Source: an uncultured Lentisphaerota bacterium (GTDB lineage: Bacteria; Verrucomicrobiota; Lentisphaeria; Victivallales; UBA1829). Taken from it: a stretch of 64,000 nucleotides of DNA. A program made the position numbers and the translations under genes. Position 1 is the stretch's first letter, and every line of letters starts with the position of its first letter. This document shows positions 10,118 to 17,537 of this stretch, piece by piece. Where the stretch lies: contig ONQZ01000002.1 of assembly GCA_900320095.1 (NCBI GenBank), forward strand, positions 8,165-72,164. Reading direction: 5' to 3'. Below the pieces are notes generated by a model. It saw only the letters and a program-made list of their open reading frames with translations, was not told the origin of the DNA and ran no database searches.

Positions 10118-11200
10118 TCAGTAGAAATAATAGCGGACCACCGCGTCCCGCCGCATCTGTTCGAAGTATTCCTTGCGCTTCGCCTCGGCCTTCTCCTTGA
10201 ACAGGGCATCGCGCACATCGCGGTTGGCCTGGCTGAACGGGATGAGCTTGGCGGGCTTCGTCGCTACGACACGGAGGAAGAAATAAGCCTCGGGCGCTTC
10301 GATCGGCCCGACCACGTCGCCGATCTTTTTGCCCTTCAGGGGCTCAATGAATTCGGGACGCAGTTTGTCCATTTCGATGTCCTCCTTGGTGCCGCCCTCG
10401 GACGCGGTCGCGCCGTCGGACCGTTCCAGTACGAGACGCGTGAAATTCTTCTGGGAGGAATCCTTGTCCAGCTCCTTGCGGATGGCCTCGACGGCCGCCT
10501 TCGGGTCGCCGCCCGCGGACCCGGTGGTCACGTTGATCTGAAGCATCTGAAGCGAAATCTTCTCCGGGACGGTCCATTTTTCGGGGTGCGCCTTGTAGTC
10601 CTCGTAGACCTCCTTCGGCGTGATATACACATGATGATCGCAGTCGTGCATGAGGAGGACTTCGACGGCGATACGCTCCTTCGCCAGTTCACGGAGGCGT
10701 TCCGGCGTGATGCCGGCCGGAAGAAGGCTTTTTTCGAGGGCGGCACGGGATTCCGCGCCGCTGGTGCGCACGAACTCGTCCAGCAGGTTTTCGATCTCCT
10801 GACGCGGGATGTCGAACGGTTCCGTTTTGTACTTCTCGTAAACGAGCTTGTGGAACACGAGCTGATCGACCGTGTCCATGTGGAGTTTAAGCGTTTCGGA
10901 ACGGAGGCGTTCCCCGGAATAGATCCCGGCGAGCTCCTTTTCCCGGCTCCCCGTTTCAAGGATGACGTCCAGCATGGTGATCGGTTCGCCGTTCACGGTC
11001 GCCAGGACCGAGTCAATGCGCGTGCCGGCCGGCGGAACGGGCACGGACACGGTGTCGGAACGAATCGCGTTTTTATCCCGGGAGCGGACGGCGGACAGGA
11101 CATCCCGTCCGTCCGTATCCGGTTCGGCCGCGGTCGACGGCATGAACGAAACGGCACAGAGGGCGCAGGTCAGACTGAGCAGGATTTGTTTGATCGTCAT
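10118..11200 (-). CDS. Periplasmic peptidyl-prolyl isomerase, SurA/PrsA-like (SurA_N + parvulin domain)
   Basis: 360 aa. It has a signal peptide (MTIKQILLSLTCALCAVSFMPSTAA), a chaperone-like helical N-domain and a C-terminal rotamase-like segment (IGDVVGPIEAPEAYFFLRVV). Confidence 0.65.
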   Translation of the reverse strand: MTIKQILLSLTCALCAVSFMPSTAAEPDTDGRDVLSAVRSRDKNAIRSDTVSVPVPPAGTRIDSVLATVNGEPITMLDVILETGSREKELAGIYSGERLRSETLKLHMDTVDQLVFHKLVYEKYKTEPFDIPRQEIENLLDEFVRTSGAESRAALEKSLLPAGITPERLRELAKERIAVEVLLMHDCDHHVYITPKEVYEDYKAHPEKWTVPEKISLQMLQINVTTGSAGGDPKAAVEAIRKELDKDSSQKNFTRLVLERSDGATASEGGTKEDIEMDKLRPEFIEPLKGKKIGDVVGPIEAPEAYFFLRVVATKPAKLIPFSQANRDVRDALFKEKAEAKRKEYFEQMRRDAVVRYYFY

Positions 11201-11261
11201 GGTTTTCGCGTCCTCGTTTTCGCTTTGCCGGTTCGTTGGTGTTTGAAAAAAAGAATGGATT

Positions 11262-11289
11262 ACAATAGCATGAATTCGTGAAAATTCAA
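11262..11289 (-). promoter_or_regulatory. Candidate internal promoter for the SurA-like gene
   Basis: Minus strand: -35 TTGAAT (11289-11284, overlapping the upstream stop codon), 16-nt spacer, TGc-TATTGT (-10 at 11267-11262). Confidence 0.4.
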
Positions 11290-12584
11290 GGCTGCGCGGT
11301 CATCCGCGCCGTAACGGCGTCGGCGGCTTCGCGCAGAAGACCGAGCTCGTCCAGCACGTCCAGGACCGTATAACGGTTCCGGATCAGCTGCGCCGCCAGC
11401 ACGCCGTGTTCGAACTGGGCGGCGTCGAGGCCGATTTCAGCGGGCGCGACCGGGCAGGACGCGGCGCGGAACATGGTTTTCAGCGTGTCGAACGGGATCA
11501 GGCATTCGGCGGTGCGTTTCGCGAGGGCGTCCCAGTGGGCGAAAATGAGTTCGCGGCGCGCTGCCAGAGCTTCACCTGTCAGGAACTTGCCCATCGCGAT
11601 CTCCCCTGTCTTCGCGCCGTAGCATCCGCGGGCAAGCAGCGAATCGACCTCGGCGCGGCGTTCGGATTCCGTGCGCGGCGGCCGGGCATTGGCGCGCGCC
11701 CAGGCGGCATCGCGGCCCTCGAACAGCCATTCCATCAGGGCGGTCGAGGCGAGCGTGCCGATGCCGACCTTGAACCCGTGCGACACGGGGACGCCGTTGA
11801 ATGTGAGGTTTTCCATTTCCCACAGGTGGCTGATCATGTGCTCCGCGCCGCTGGCGGGACGGGATTCGCGGTACATCTGCATGGAGTAGCCCGTGGCGGC
11901 AAGCCCGAGGAAGATCGCGCCGATGTCGGCGGGGTCGGAGATCCACTTGCGCAGGTCCTTCTGCACCAGATCCCACACGTCGGCGCGGATCGGCTCGATC
12001 CCGAGCTCGTCGGCAATCACCCAGTCGGCGCCGCCCGCGACTTTCGCGGCGAGGTCGGCGTAGCCGGACGCTGCCATCGGCGCGGGCGCGGCTTTCAGGA
12101 CGTCGGTGTCGGCGGCGACCGCGAGCGGGGCGAGGCAGGGCAGCGTCTTCTTCAGGCCGTTGTCGGTCATGGCCGCGCCGTAGGAGGTGTAGCCGTCCAC
12201 GGAGCTGGCGGTCGGGACGCACAGGTAACGGTGCCGAGTGACCGCCGAAGCGCGCTTCACGAGGTCGTTGATCGTGCCGCCGCCGACCGAGACCGGCACG
12301 CAGTCGAACGGCATGTCGTCGGTCAGGCGCGGGGTCAGGGCGTTGTCCGCGTGGATCATCGGCACGGCCGGGAAGATGAACGGTTCGTGCGGAGCGAGTC
12401 CGGCGGATTTGAGGATATCGAACAGCGCGGCTCCGGCGGCTTTCCAAGTGTTTTCGTCGGCCACGATCCAGGGGCGGCGCGACTGGAAACAGCGGCGGAT
12501 CAGCTCCGGTACATCGCGCAGCGCGCCGGAATCCATCACGAATGCCTCGGTCTCCATTCCGGGGGGAATCGGCAGTAAGTTCAT
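11286..12584 (-). CDS. Iron-containing alcohol dehydrogenase family protein, sn-glycerol-1-phosphate dehydrogenase-like (AraM/EgsA type)
   Basis: The start is moved to the ATG at 12584 (MNLLPIPPGM), which has an AAGGAG SD 8 nt upstream. The track start at 12659 would overlap the upstream gene. Motifs seen: VGGGTINDLVK, CVPTASSVDGYTS, SGYADLAAKVAGGADW and ASGAEHMISHLWE. Confidence 0.65.
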   Translation of the reverse strand: MNLLPIPPGMETEAFVMDSGALRDVPELIRRCFQSRRPWIVADENTWKAAGAALFDILKSAGLAPHEPFIFPAVPMIHADNALTPRLTDDMPFDCVPVSVGGGTINDLVKRASAVTRHRYLCVPTASSVDGYTSYGAAMTDNGLKKTLPCLAPLAVAADTDVLKAAPAPMAASGYADLAAKVAGGADWVIADELGIEPIRADVWDLVQKDLRKWISDPADIGAIFLGLAATGYSMQMYRESRPASGAEHMISHLWEMENLTFNGVPVSHGFKVGIGTLASTALMEWLFEGRDAAWARANARPPRTESERRAEVDSLLARGCYGAKTGEIAMGKFLTGEALAARRELIFAHWDALAKRTAECLIPFDTLKTMFRAASCPVAPAEIGLDAAQFEHGVLAAQLIRNRYTVLDVLDELGLLREAADAVTARMTAQP

Positions 12585-12600
12585 GTCGAAGGCTCCTTGT

Positions 12601-13890
12601 TTACATTCCCTGGTAGGGGTATCCGCCGGACTGCGGCAGCGGATTGTTCTGAACGGCATTGGCGGAGCGGCGGGCTTTTTCGGCGTCCGCTTCGGCTTTC
12701 TTGCGTGCCTCCGTCTCGTCCGCGGCGCGTCTGTTCGCGGCGGCGAGCTCGTTGGAAAGGGTCTGATTCTTTTCGCGAAGGTCCGCGATCTTGCCGGAAA
12801 CGACGTTCAATTCTTCGTTGAGCTTGTCGACCTCTTTGCCGCGTTCGGTCTGGGCGGCGAGTTCCTCCCGGAGCTTACGAATCTCCTCGTCACGGGCCGG
12901 CTCGCTTTCGGCGGCCTGCTTCAGGCGTTCCTGAAGGGACTCGATCTGCTGAATGAGCTTGAGGCGTTCGGCGGCGAACTGTTCCTTTTCGAGGGCGATC
13001 CGCGCCTCGAACTGCGCCTGCTGCGCCTCCATCGCGGAGCCGTTGGCGCGTTTCATCTCCTCAATCGCAGCATCGAACGCCGCACGCTGGGCGGGGAGGT
13101 CGGCGCGGAGCTTCTGAAGCTCGTCGTTCATGCCGGACACGCTGCCCGCGAGATTTGTGACGCGCCCCTCCATGCCGGACACGCGCCCCTCCATGCCGGA
13201 CACGCTACCCGCGAGACCGGACACGCTGCCGGAAAGATTGCCGACGTCGGTGCGAAGGGCGTTTTCGCGCGTTTCCGAGCCCGCGGTGAGCGCGGCGATC
13301 GCGGACGCGGCGTCGCGGCTGGCGGCGGTGTTGTCGCGCTGGACGAGGAAGTTCACGTAGAAGAGCGCCAGCAAACCGGCCAGGACCACAATGATCATGA
13401 CCGCCACGGCGAGCATTACGCGCAGACGCCGCGCGGAGACGTCGGCTTTTTTGTTGACCGCGCTCATGGCATCGCAGAGGTCGGTGAACTTCGAGCCGAG
13501 CAGATCGTACAGCTCGTCGAAATTCTCCTGCTTCACCACGGGATAGTTCTGCTGGTCCGGGTTCGGGCTCGCGGCGTCCGGCCCGGCGCCGTTTTCGGCG
13601 GGATTCTGTTCGGTCCCGGAGGCATCCGGCGGCTCCACGGTCGGATGAACCGGGAAGGTGCGTTCGAGTTCGCCGTCGATGTCGCCGATGGAACGTCCGG
13701 CGGTACGGAGTTCGGCGACCTTGCAGAGGACGGAGAGGGTGCGGTCGGTGTAGAAACGGCGGCGACCCTGCGTCTGGAGCTCGATGAAACGGGAATACTT
13801 GCCGAGCCAGTCGGTGATGGTCGTGCGCGGCACGCCGACCTGATCGGCGAGGTCGCTGATCGAATAAAGGTTCTGATTTTCGGGATTCAT
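12601..13890 (-). CDS. MerR-type HTH protein with a single transmembrane helix and a long C-terminal coiled coil (function unknown)
   Basis: 429 aa. It has an N-terminal MerR-like HTH (YSISDLADQVGVPRTTITDWLGKY..GRRRFYTDRTLSVLCKVAELR) and a hydrophobic helix RRLRVMLAVAVMIIVVLAGLLALFYVNFLV. About 240 aa rich in E/K/Q/A/R follow, with 7-aa repeats (SGMEGRV x2 and similar). Its ATG overlaps the ribF stop (ATGA at 13887-13890). Confidence 0.6.
   Translation of the reverse strand: MNPENQNLYSISDLADQVGVPRTTITDWLGKYSRFIELQTQGRRRFYTDRTLSVLCKVAELRTAGRSIGDIDGELERTFPVHPTVEPPDASGTEQNPAENGAGPDAASPNPDQQNYPVVKQENFDELYDLLGSKFTDLCDAMSAVNKKADVSARRLRVMLAVAVMIIVVLAGLLALFYVNFLVQRDNTAASRDAASAIAALTAGSETRENALRTDVGNLSGSVSGLAGSVSGMEGRVSGMEGRVTNLAGSVSGMNDELQKLRADLPAQRAAFDAAIEEMKRANGSAMEAQQAQFEARIALEKEQFAAERLKLIQQIESLQERLKQAAESEPARDEEIRKLREELAAQTERGKEVDKLNEELNVVSGKIADLREKNQTLSNELAAANRRAADETEARKKAEADAEKARRSANAVQNNPLPQSGGYPYQGM
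13128..13232 (-). repeat. Five tandem 21-nt (7-codon) units inside the MerR/coiled-coil gene
   Basis: On the plus strand, catgccggacacgc recurs at 13128, 13170 and 13191, interleaved with gagatttgtgacgcgcccctc and gagaccggacacgctgccgga. The units encode GSVSGLA/GSVSGME/GRVSGME/GRVTNLA/GSVSGMN. Confidence 0.8.
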
Positions 13891-14891
13891 GCTATGATCT
13901 CCTCCTTTGCGGAAGATTGATTTTGTTCAGTCAAAGCGGCGCGGGCGAGCCGGATATCCTCCTGAATACGGGCGGCAAGCTCCTCCGGCGAGGCGAATTT
14001 GCGTTCGCCGCGGATGCGGGCGGCAAACCCGAGCGCCATTTCCTTTCCGTAGAGGTCGGGCGCGCCGTCCGTCAGCAGATGCGCCTCCACGCGGACCTGC
14101 CCGCCGTTGCCGTAGGAATCGAACGTCGGCGAGACGCCGATGTTCACCACGGCGGGGAAACGTTCGTTTCCGACGACCGCGAATGCCGCGTACACGCCGT
14201 TCGCCGGGAGCATGCCGCAACGCACGTCCAGGTTCGCCGTCGCGCAGTGCAGGGTGCTTCCCGCGACGCCGTAGCCGCTGACGACCACGCCCGAAACGGC
14301 GGGCCGCCGTCCGAGACAGTGCGCGGCAAACGCCACGTCGCCCGCGGCGAGCGCCTCGCGGATCTTCGTGCTGCTCACGATCCCGCGTTCGTCGCGGATC
14401 TCCGGGACCGCGCGGCAAATAAAACCGAACTCGTTTGCGCGCTGCTGCAGGAATGCGATGTCCCCTGCGCCGCGCGCGCCGAACCGCCAGCGGGAGCCGA
14501 CGCAGACGCCGCGGACGCGGACCGGGCCGGAGAGCAGGCAGCGCGACAGGAAATCCCCGGGCGAAAGCGAGGCGAACTCCCTCGTGAACGGCAGGGAGAC
14601 CACCGCGCGCACGCCGAGCGAGGCGAGGATGCTGAGCTTGCGTTCGCGGGACATCAGGAGCGGGGGCGGATTGTCCGGGTTGAGGACGGCGCGCGGATGC
14701 GGCTGGAAGGTCAGGACGGCGGGAGCTGCGTTCAGACGGCGGCTCTCCTCCAGCATGGCGCGGACGACCGCCACGTGCCCGCGGTGCAGGCCGTCGAACG
14801 TGCCGATCGCGAACACGGCGTCGCGGATGCCGTGTTCCGCCAGTCCGGCGGGCGCGTCGCAGCAGATAAGTTCAGAGGAATTCCAGTTCAT
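13887..14891 (-). CDS. ribF: Bifunctional riboflavin kinase / FMN adenylyltransferase
   Basis: 334 aa. The N-terminal FAD synthetase motif is FAIGTFDGLHRGHVAVV. A C-terminal riboflavin kinase domain is present (…GVSPTF…VEAHLL…). Confidence 0.9.
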   Translation of the reverse strand: MNWNSSELICCDAPAGLAEHGIRDAVFAIGTFDGLHRGHVAVVRAMLEESRRLNAAPAVLTFQPHPRAVLNPDNPPPLLMSRERKLSILASLGVRAVVSLPFTREFASLSPGDFLSRCLLSGPVRVRGVCVGSRWRFGARGAGDIAFLQQRANEFGFICRAVPEIRDERGIVSSTKIREALAAGDVAFAAHCLGRRPAVSGVVVSGYGVAGSTLHCATANLDVRCGMLPANGVYAAFAVVGNERFPAVVNIGVSPTFDSYGNGGQVRVEAHLLTDGAPDLYGKEMALGFAARIRGERKFASPEELAARIQEDIRLARAALTEQNQSSAKEEIIA

Positions 14892-14901
14892 ACACGCACC
14901 G

Positions 14902-16524
14902 TCACGGCTTCTTCCTCATGGAACCGTCCGTCTTTCCGGTTTCGTTCTTTTCCTGGCCGGGACTGACGAAAAAAACCTTGTCCGGACTTTCCAGCCGCAG
15001 GGAAAGACCTGTGTTTTTGCAGATGAGCTGAAGCATTTCGTAGAGAGAAACATTCTCGGAAACAAGCGTAATGGGCATTTCAGGATACTTTTGGGGGAGG
15101 CTGATCCGAATGCCTTTGCCGCCGGGATCCAGCTCTTTGCTTTTTGTTGAGATAATACGGACCGCCTGGGCGATAGAAACATCTTCGAGATCAATGGTTT
15201 TGAATTTTGTTCCCTGGAGACGTTTCAACAACGCGCTGTCCGCGGATTCGCGGGACTCCGCGCTGCCCGACGCACTGCCCTGCGCACTGTCCGGGGCCGT
15301 CTTCTTCTTTTCCGGCTGAGCCGACTGACGCACGCCGGGCAGGTAGGAGTTCATCAGTTTCACGATCTCGGAATTGATGCCTGACGCCGTACCGGCGCGG
15401 GCGGCATCCTGCGTGACTTTCGCACCCGCTTCGAGGAGCGCCTTCACCTGTTCCGGATCGTTGTTCGCGATCGCGAGCATTAGGGCGCTCATCTTTTTGT
15501 CATTGGCGACGTTCGGATCGGCCTTGTTCCGCATCAGGAGCTTGAACAGCCGGCTGTTCTTCGTTTCGAGCGCGAGGATCAGCGGATTGACCTTGCGTCC
15601 GGCGACTTCGACCGGATCGCCGATCCCGCGCGGCGGCTGGGCTTCCGCGTCCGGTTCCGCTCCGTCTTCCGCCTCGTCTCCGCGTTCCGTTACGGCCCAC
15701 ACGCCGGAATATTCGCGTTCCAGCCGCACGGCAAGCGCGTACGGCACGTATATTTTGAGCTTGGAAAGGTCGTCCGCGAGGAGGGTCTGCATGTAGCCGC
15801 GTTCGACCGCCTTGACCGACTCCAGGATATCGACGATCAGGTCGAATTTCTTCTGCACGTCCGGGCTGTTCTCCTTCACGAACGCTGTGGCGGCGGGCCC
15901 CTTCGCGACCATGTAGGCAAACGTCATCGCCATATCCATCTCGGTCGCATACATCCCGGTGCGGCTCACGAAATACTTGTCCCACTCGGCCAGGACTGCG
16001 TCAAGCTTCTTCTGCGCGCTGTTCGACAGGCTCCCCCGTGTGTTTTCATACTTGAACCCATCGGGATTGAGCTTGTTCCAGCGTTCGAGGTACGTCCGCG
16101 GCATCACGCTCAGCTGAAGGTAGAACATGTTCACATAAAACTGCTGGGCATCCAGGTCGGCGTCCAGGTACAGGTCGCTGCCGATCCTGCGCTGCTGGTG
16201 CGTGCCGCCGTCGCGGTCATAGACGGTGTCCTTGAAGACGACGCTTCTGATCTGAAAACGTTTCAGAAAAGCGGGATCCAGCGGGTAAAGACGGTCGTAG
16301 AAGTCCCGGACGGCATCCTTCAGCTGCGCCTCGGAAACGGGCGTGCCGTCGGGATCGCGTTTGAGCGGGCGCGACTGGTCCGGACGGATATGGTACAGCG
16401 CGATCTCCCGTTTGTATTCCTTCTCCAGGTCCAGGTCGGCGGCATGAAGAATCCCCAGAGCAGCCATCGTCACGACAAAAACAAACAACGTTCTGATCTT
16501 CATAAGGTTCCTCTGCCGGTTCAT
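14902..16524 (-). CDS. Secreted ankyrin-repeat protein with C-terminal secretin-N0/STN-like domain (function unknown)
   Basis: 540 aa. It has a signal peptide (MKIRTLFVFVVTMAALGILHA) and a ~300-aa N-domain I could not assign. Ankyrin repeats follow (NPLILALETKNSRLFKLLMRNKADPNVANDKKMSALMLAIANNDPEQVKALLEAGAKV), then a Ser-rich linker. The C-terminal ~90 aa (FKTIDLEDVSIAQAVRIIS..ITLVSENVSLYEMLQLICKNTGLSLRL) resemble an N0/STN fold. The gene is visibly less GC-rich than its neighbours. Confidence 0.55.
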   Translation of the reverse strand: MNRQRNLMKIRTLFVFVVTMAALGILHAADLDLEKEYKREIALYHIRPDQSRPLKRDPDGTPVSEAQLKDAVRDFYDRLYPLDPAFLKRFQIRSVVFKDTVYDRDGGTHQQRRIGSDLYLDADLDAQQFYVNMFYLQLSVMPRTYLERWNKLNPDGFKYENTRGSLSNSAQKKLDAVLAEWDKYFVSRTGMYATEMDMAMTFAYMVAKGPAATAFVKENSPDVQKKFDLIVDILESVKAVERGYMQTLLADDLSKLKIYVPYALAVRLEREYSGVWAVTERGDEAEDGAEPDAEAQPPRGIGDPVEVAGRKVNPLILALETKNSRLFKLLMRNKADPNVANDKKMSALMLAIANNDPEQVKALLEAGAKVTQDAARAGTASGINSEIVKLMNSYLPGVRQSAQPEKKKTAPDSAQGSASGSAESRESADSALLKRLQGTKFKTIDLEDVSIAQAVRIISTKSKELDPGGKGIRISLPQKYPEMPITLVSENVSLYEMLQLICKNTGLSLRLESPDKVFFVSPGQEKNETGKTDGSMRKKP

Positions 16525-16579
16525 TCTTCCTGATGCAAAAAACGGTCCCGGTCCGTGTGCCGGAAAACGCGCATATCTT

Positions 16580-16607
16580 AATATACAACGAAACCGGCGG
16601 ATTTAAA
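16580..16607 (-). promoter_or_regulatory. Candidate promoter of the ank-ribF-merR-like operon
   Basis: Minus strand: -35 TTTAAA (16607-16602), 16-nt spacer, -10 TATATT (16585-16580). It lies about 55 nt upstream of the start at 16524. Confidence 0.45.
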
Positions 16608-16634
16608 GCGGAAAACGGGAGAAACCGCGCGGAA

Positions 16635-16660
16635 AAGAGACGAAAGAAAAACCGTCTCTT
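16635..16660. promoter_or_regulatory. Inverted repeat AAGAGACG-N10-CGTCTCTT abutting the pyrH -35
   Basis: Perfect 8-bp arms at 16635-16642 and 16653-16660. The repeat ends 3 nt before the pyrH -35 hexamer, in a divergent promoter region. Confidence 0.4.
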
Positions 16661-16663
16661 CAC

Positions 16664-16692
16664 TTGACGAACGCGAAAAAACGTGGTATACT
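16664..16692 (+). promoter_or_regulatory. sigma70-like promoter of pyrH
   Basis: -35 TTGACG (16664-16669), 17-nt spacer, TGg-TATACT (-10 at 16687-16692). A GGGAG SD lies 5 nt before the ATG at 16734. Confidence 0.65.
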
Positions 16693-16733
16693 TATTTCAT
16701 CAGTTTTTTCACCACGACCAACCGGGAGCAGTC

Positions 16734-17447
16734 ATGTCCACTCAACTTCGTTATCAGCGCGTCCTCCTCAAAATCAGCGGCGAAGCCCTCAAGGGCGACC
16801 GTGAATTCGGCTACGATCCGGCCGCCGTGGAAGCAACCGTCGCACGCATCGCCGAAGCCCGCGAGCTCGGCGTCCAGATCGCGCTCGTCGTCGGCGCCGG
16901 AAACATCTGGCGCGGCGGATCCGCCGTGGGCATGGACCGCGTGACCGCCGACCACATGGGCATGCTCGGCACCGTCATGAACGCCCTCCGCCTGAAAGAC
17001 GCGTTTCAGAAGGCAAACATCCCGGTCAACATCCACGCATCCGCCGACCTGCGCCCCTTCGCGCCGAGGTTCGACCGCGACGCCGCGCTGGACCAGCTCT
17101 CCCGCGGCGAGATCGTGATCTACGCGGGCGGCACTGGCTGCCCGTTCTTCACCACCGACACCACGGCGGCGCTCCGCGCGCTGGAATCGAACTGCCAGGC
17201 GCTCGTGAAGGCGACCAAAGTCAACGGCATCTACACCGCAGACCCGATGAAGGACCCGGCCGCAAAGAAGTTCGACGAACTCACCTTCAAGCAGGCGATC
17301 GAGGGACATTACAAGATCATGGACGCCGCGGCGTTCTCGCTCTGCGCGGACAACAACCTCGCGATCGTGGTCTGCAAGTTCGAGGAACCCGGTGCGCTCG
17401 GACGCGTCCTGACCGGCGACTTCTCCGCCGGCACGATCGTCTCGTAA
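16734..17447 (+). CDS. pyrH: UMP kinase
   Basis: The start is moved to the ATG at 16734 (MSTQLRYQRVLLKISGEAL), because the track start at 16683 lies inside the -10 box. It has the typical PyrH N-terminus KISGEAL and the VVGAGNIWRG motif. Confidence 0.95.
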   Translation: MSTQLRYQRVLLKISGEALKGDREFGYDPAAVEATVARIAEARELGVQIALVVGAGNIWRGGSAVGMDRVTADHMGMLGTVMNALRLKDAFQKANIPVNIHASADLRPFAPRFDRDAALDQLSRGEIVIYAGGTGCPFFTTDTTAALRALESNCQALVKATKVNGIYTADPMKDPAAKKFDELTFKQAIEGHYKIMDAAAFSLCADNNLAIVVCKFEEPGALGRVLTGDFSAGTIVS

Positions 17448-17477
17448 TTTGCGTTGCCTCGATTCCATGCGTAAAAC

Positions 17478-17514
17478 AACCGGGAATCCTGCTCAAACGG
17501 GCGGATTTCCCGGT
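17478..17514 (-). terminator. Hairpin between convergent pyrH and GH115 genes
   Basis: 9-bp stem AACCGGGAA (17478-17486) / TTCCCGGTT (17507-17515 region). On the minus strand it is followed by GTTTTAC. There is no U-tract on the plus strand. Confidence 0.45.
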
Positions 17515-17537
17515 TCTGATCCGTCTTGAGACAAAGG

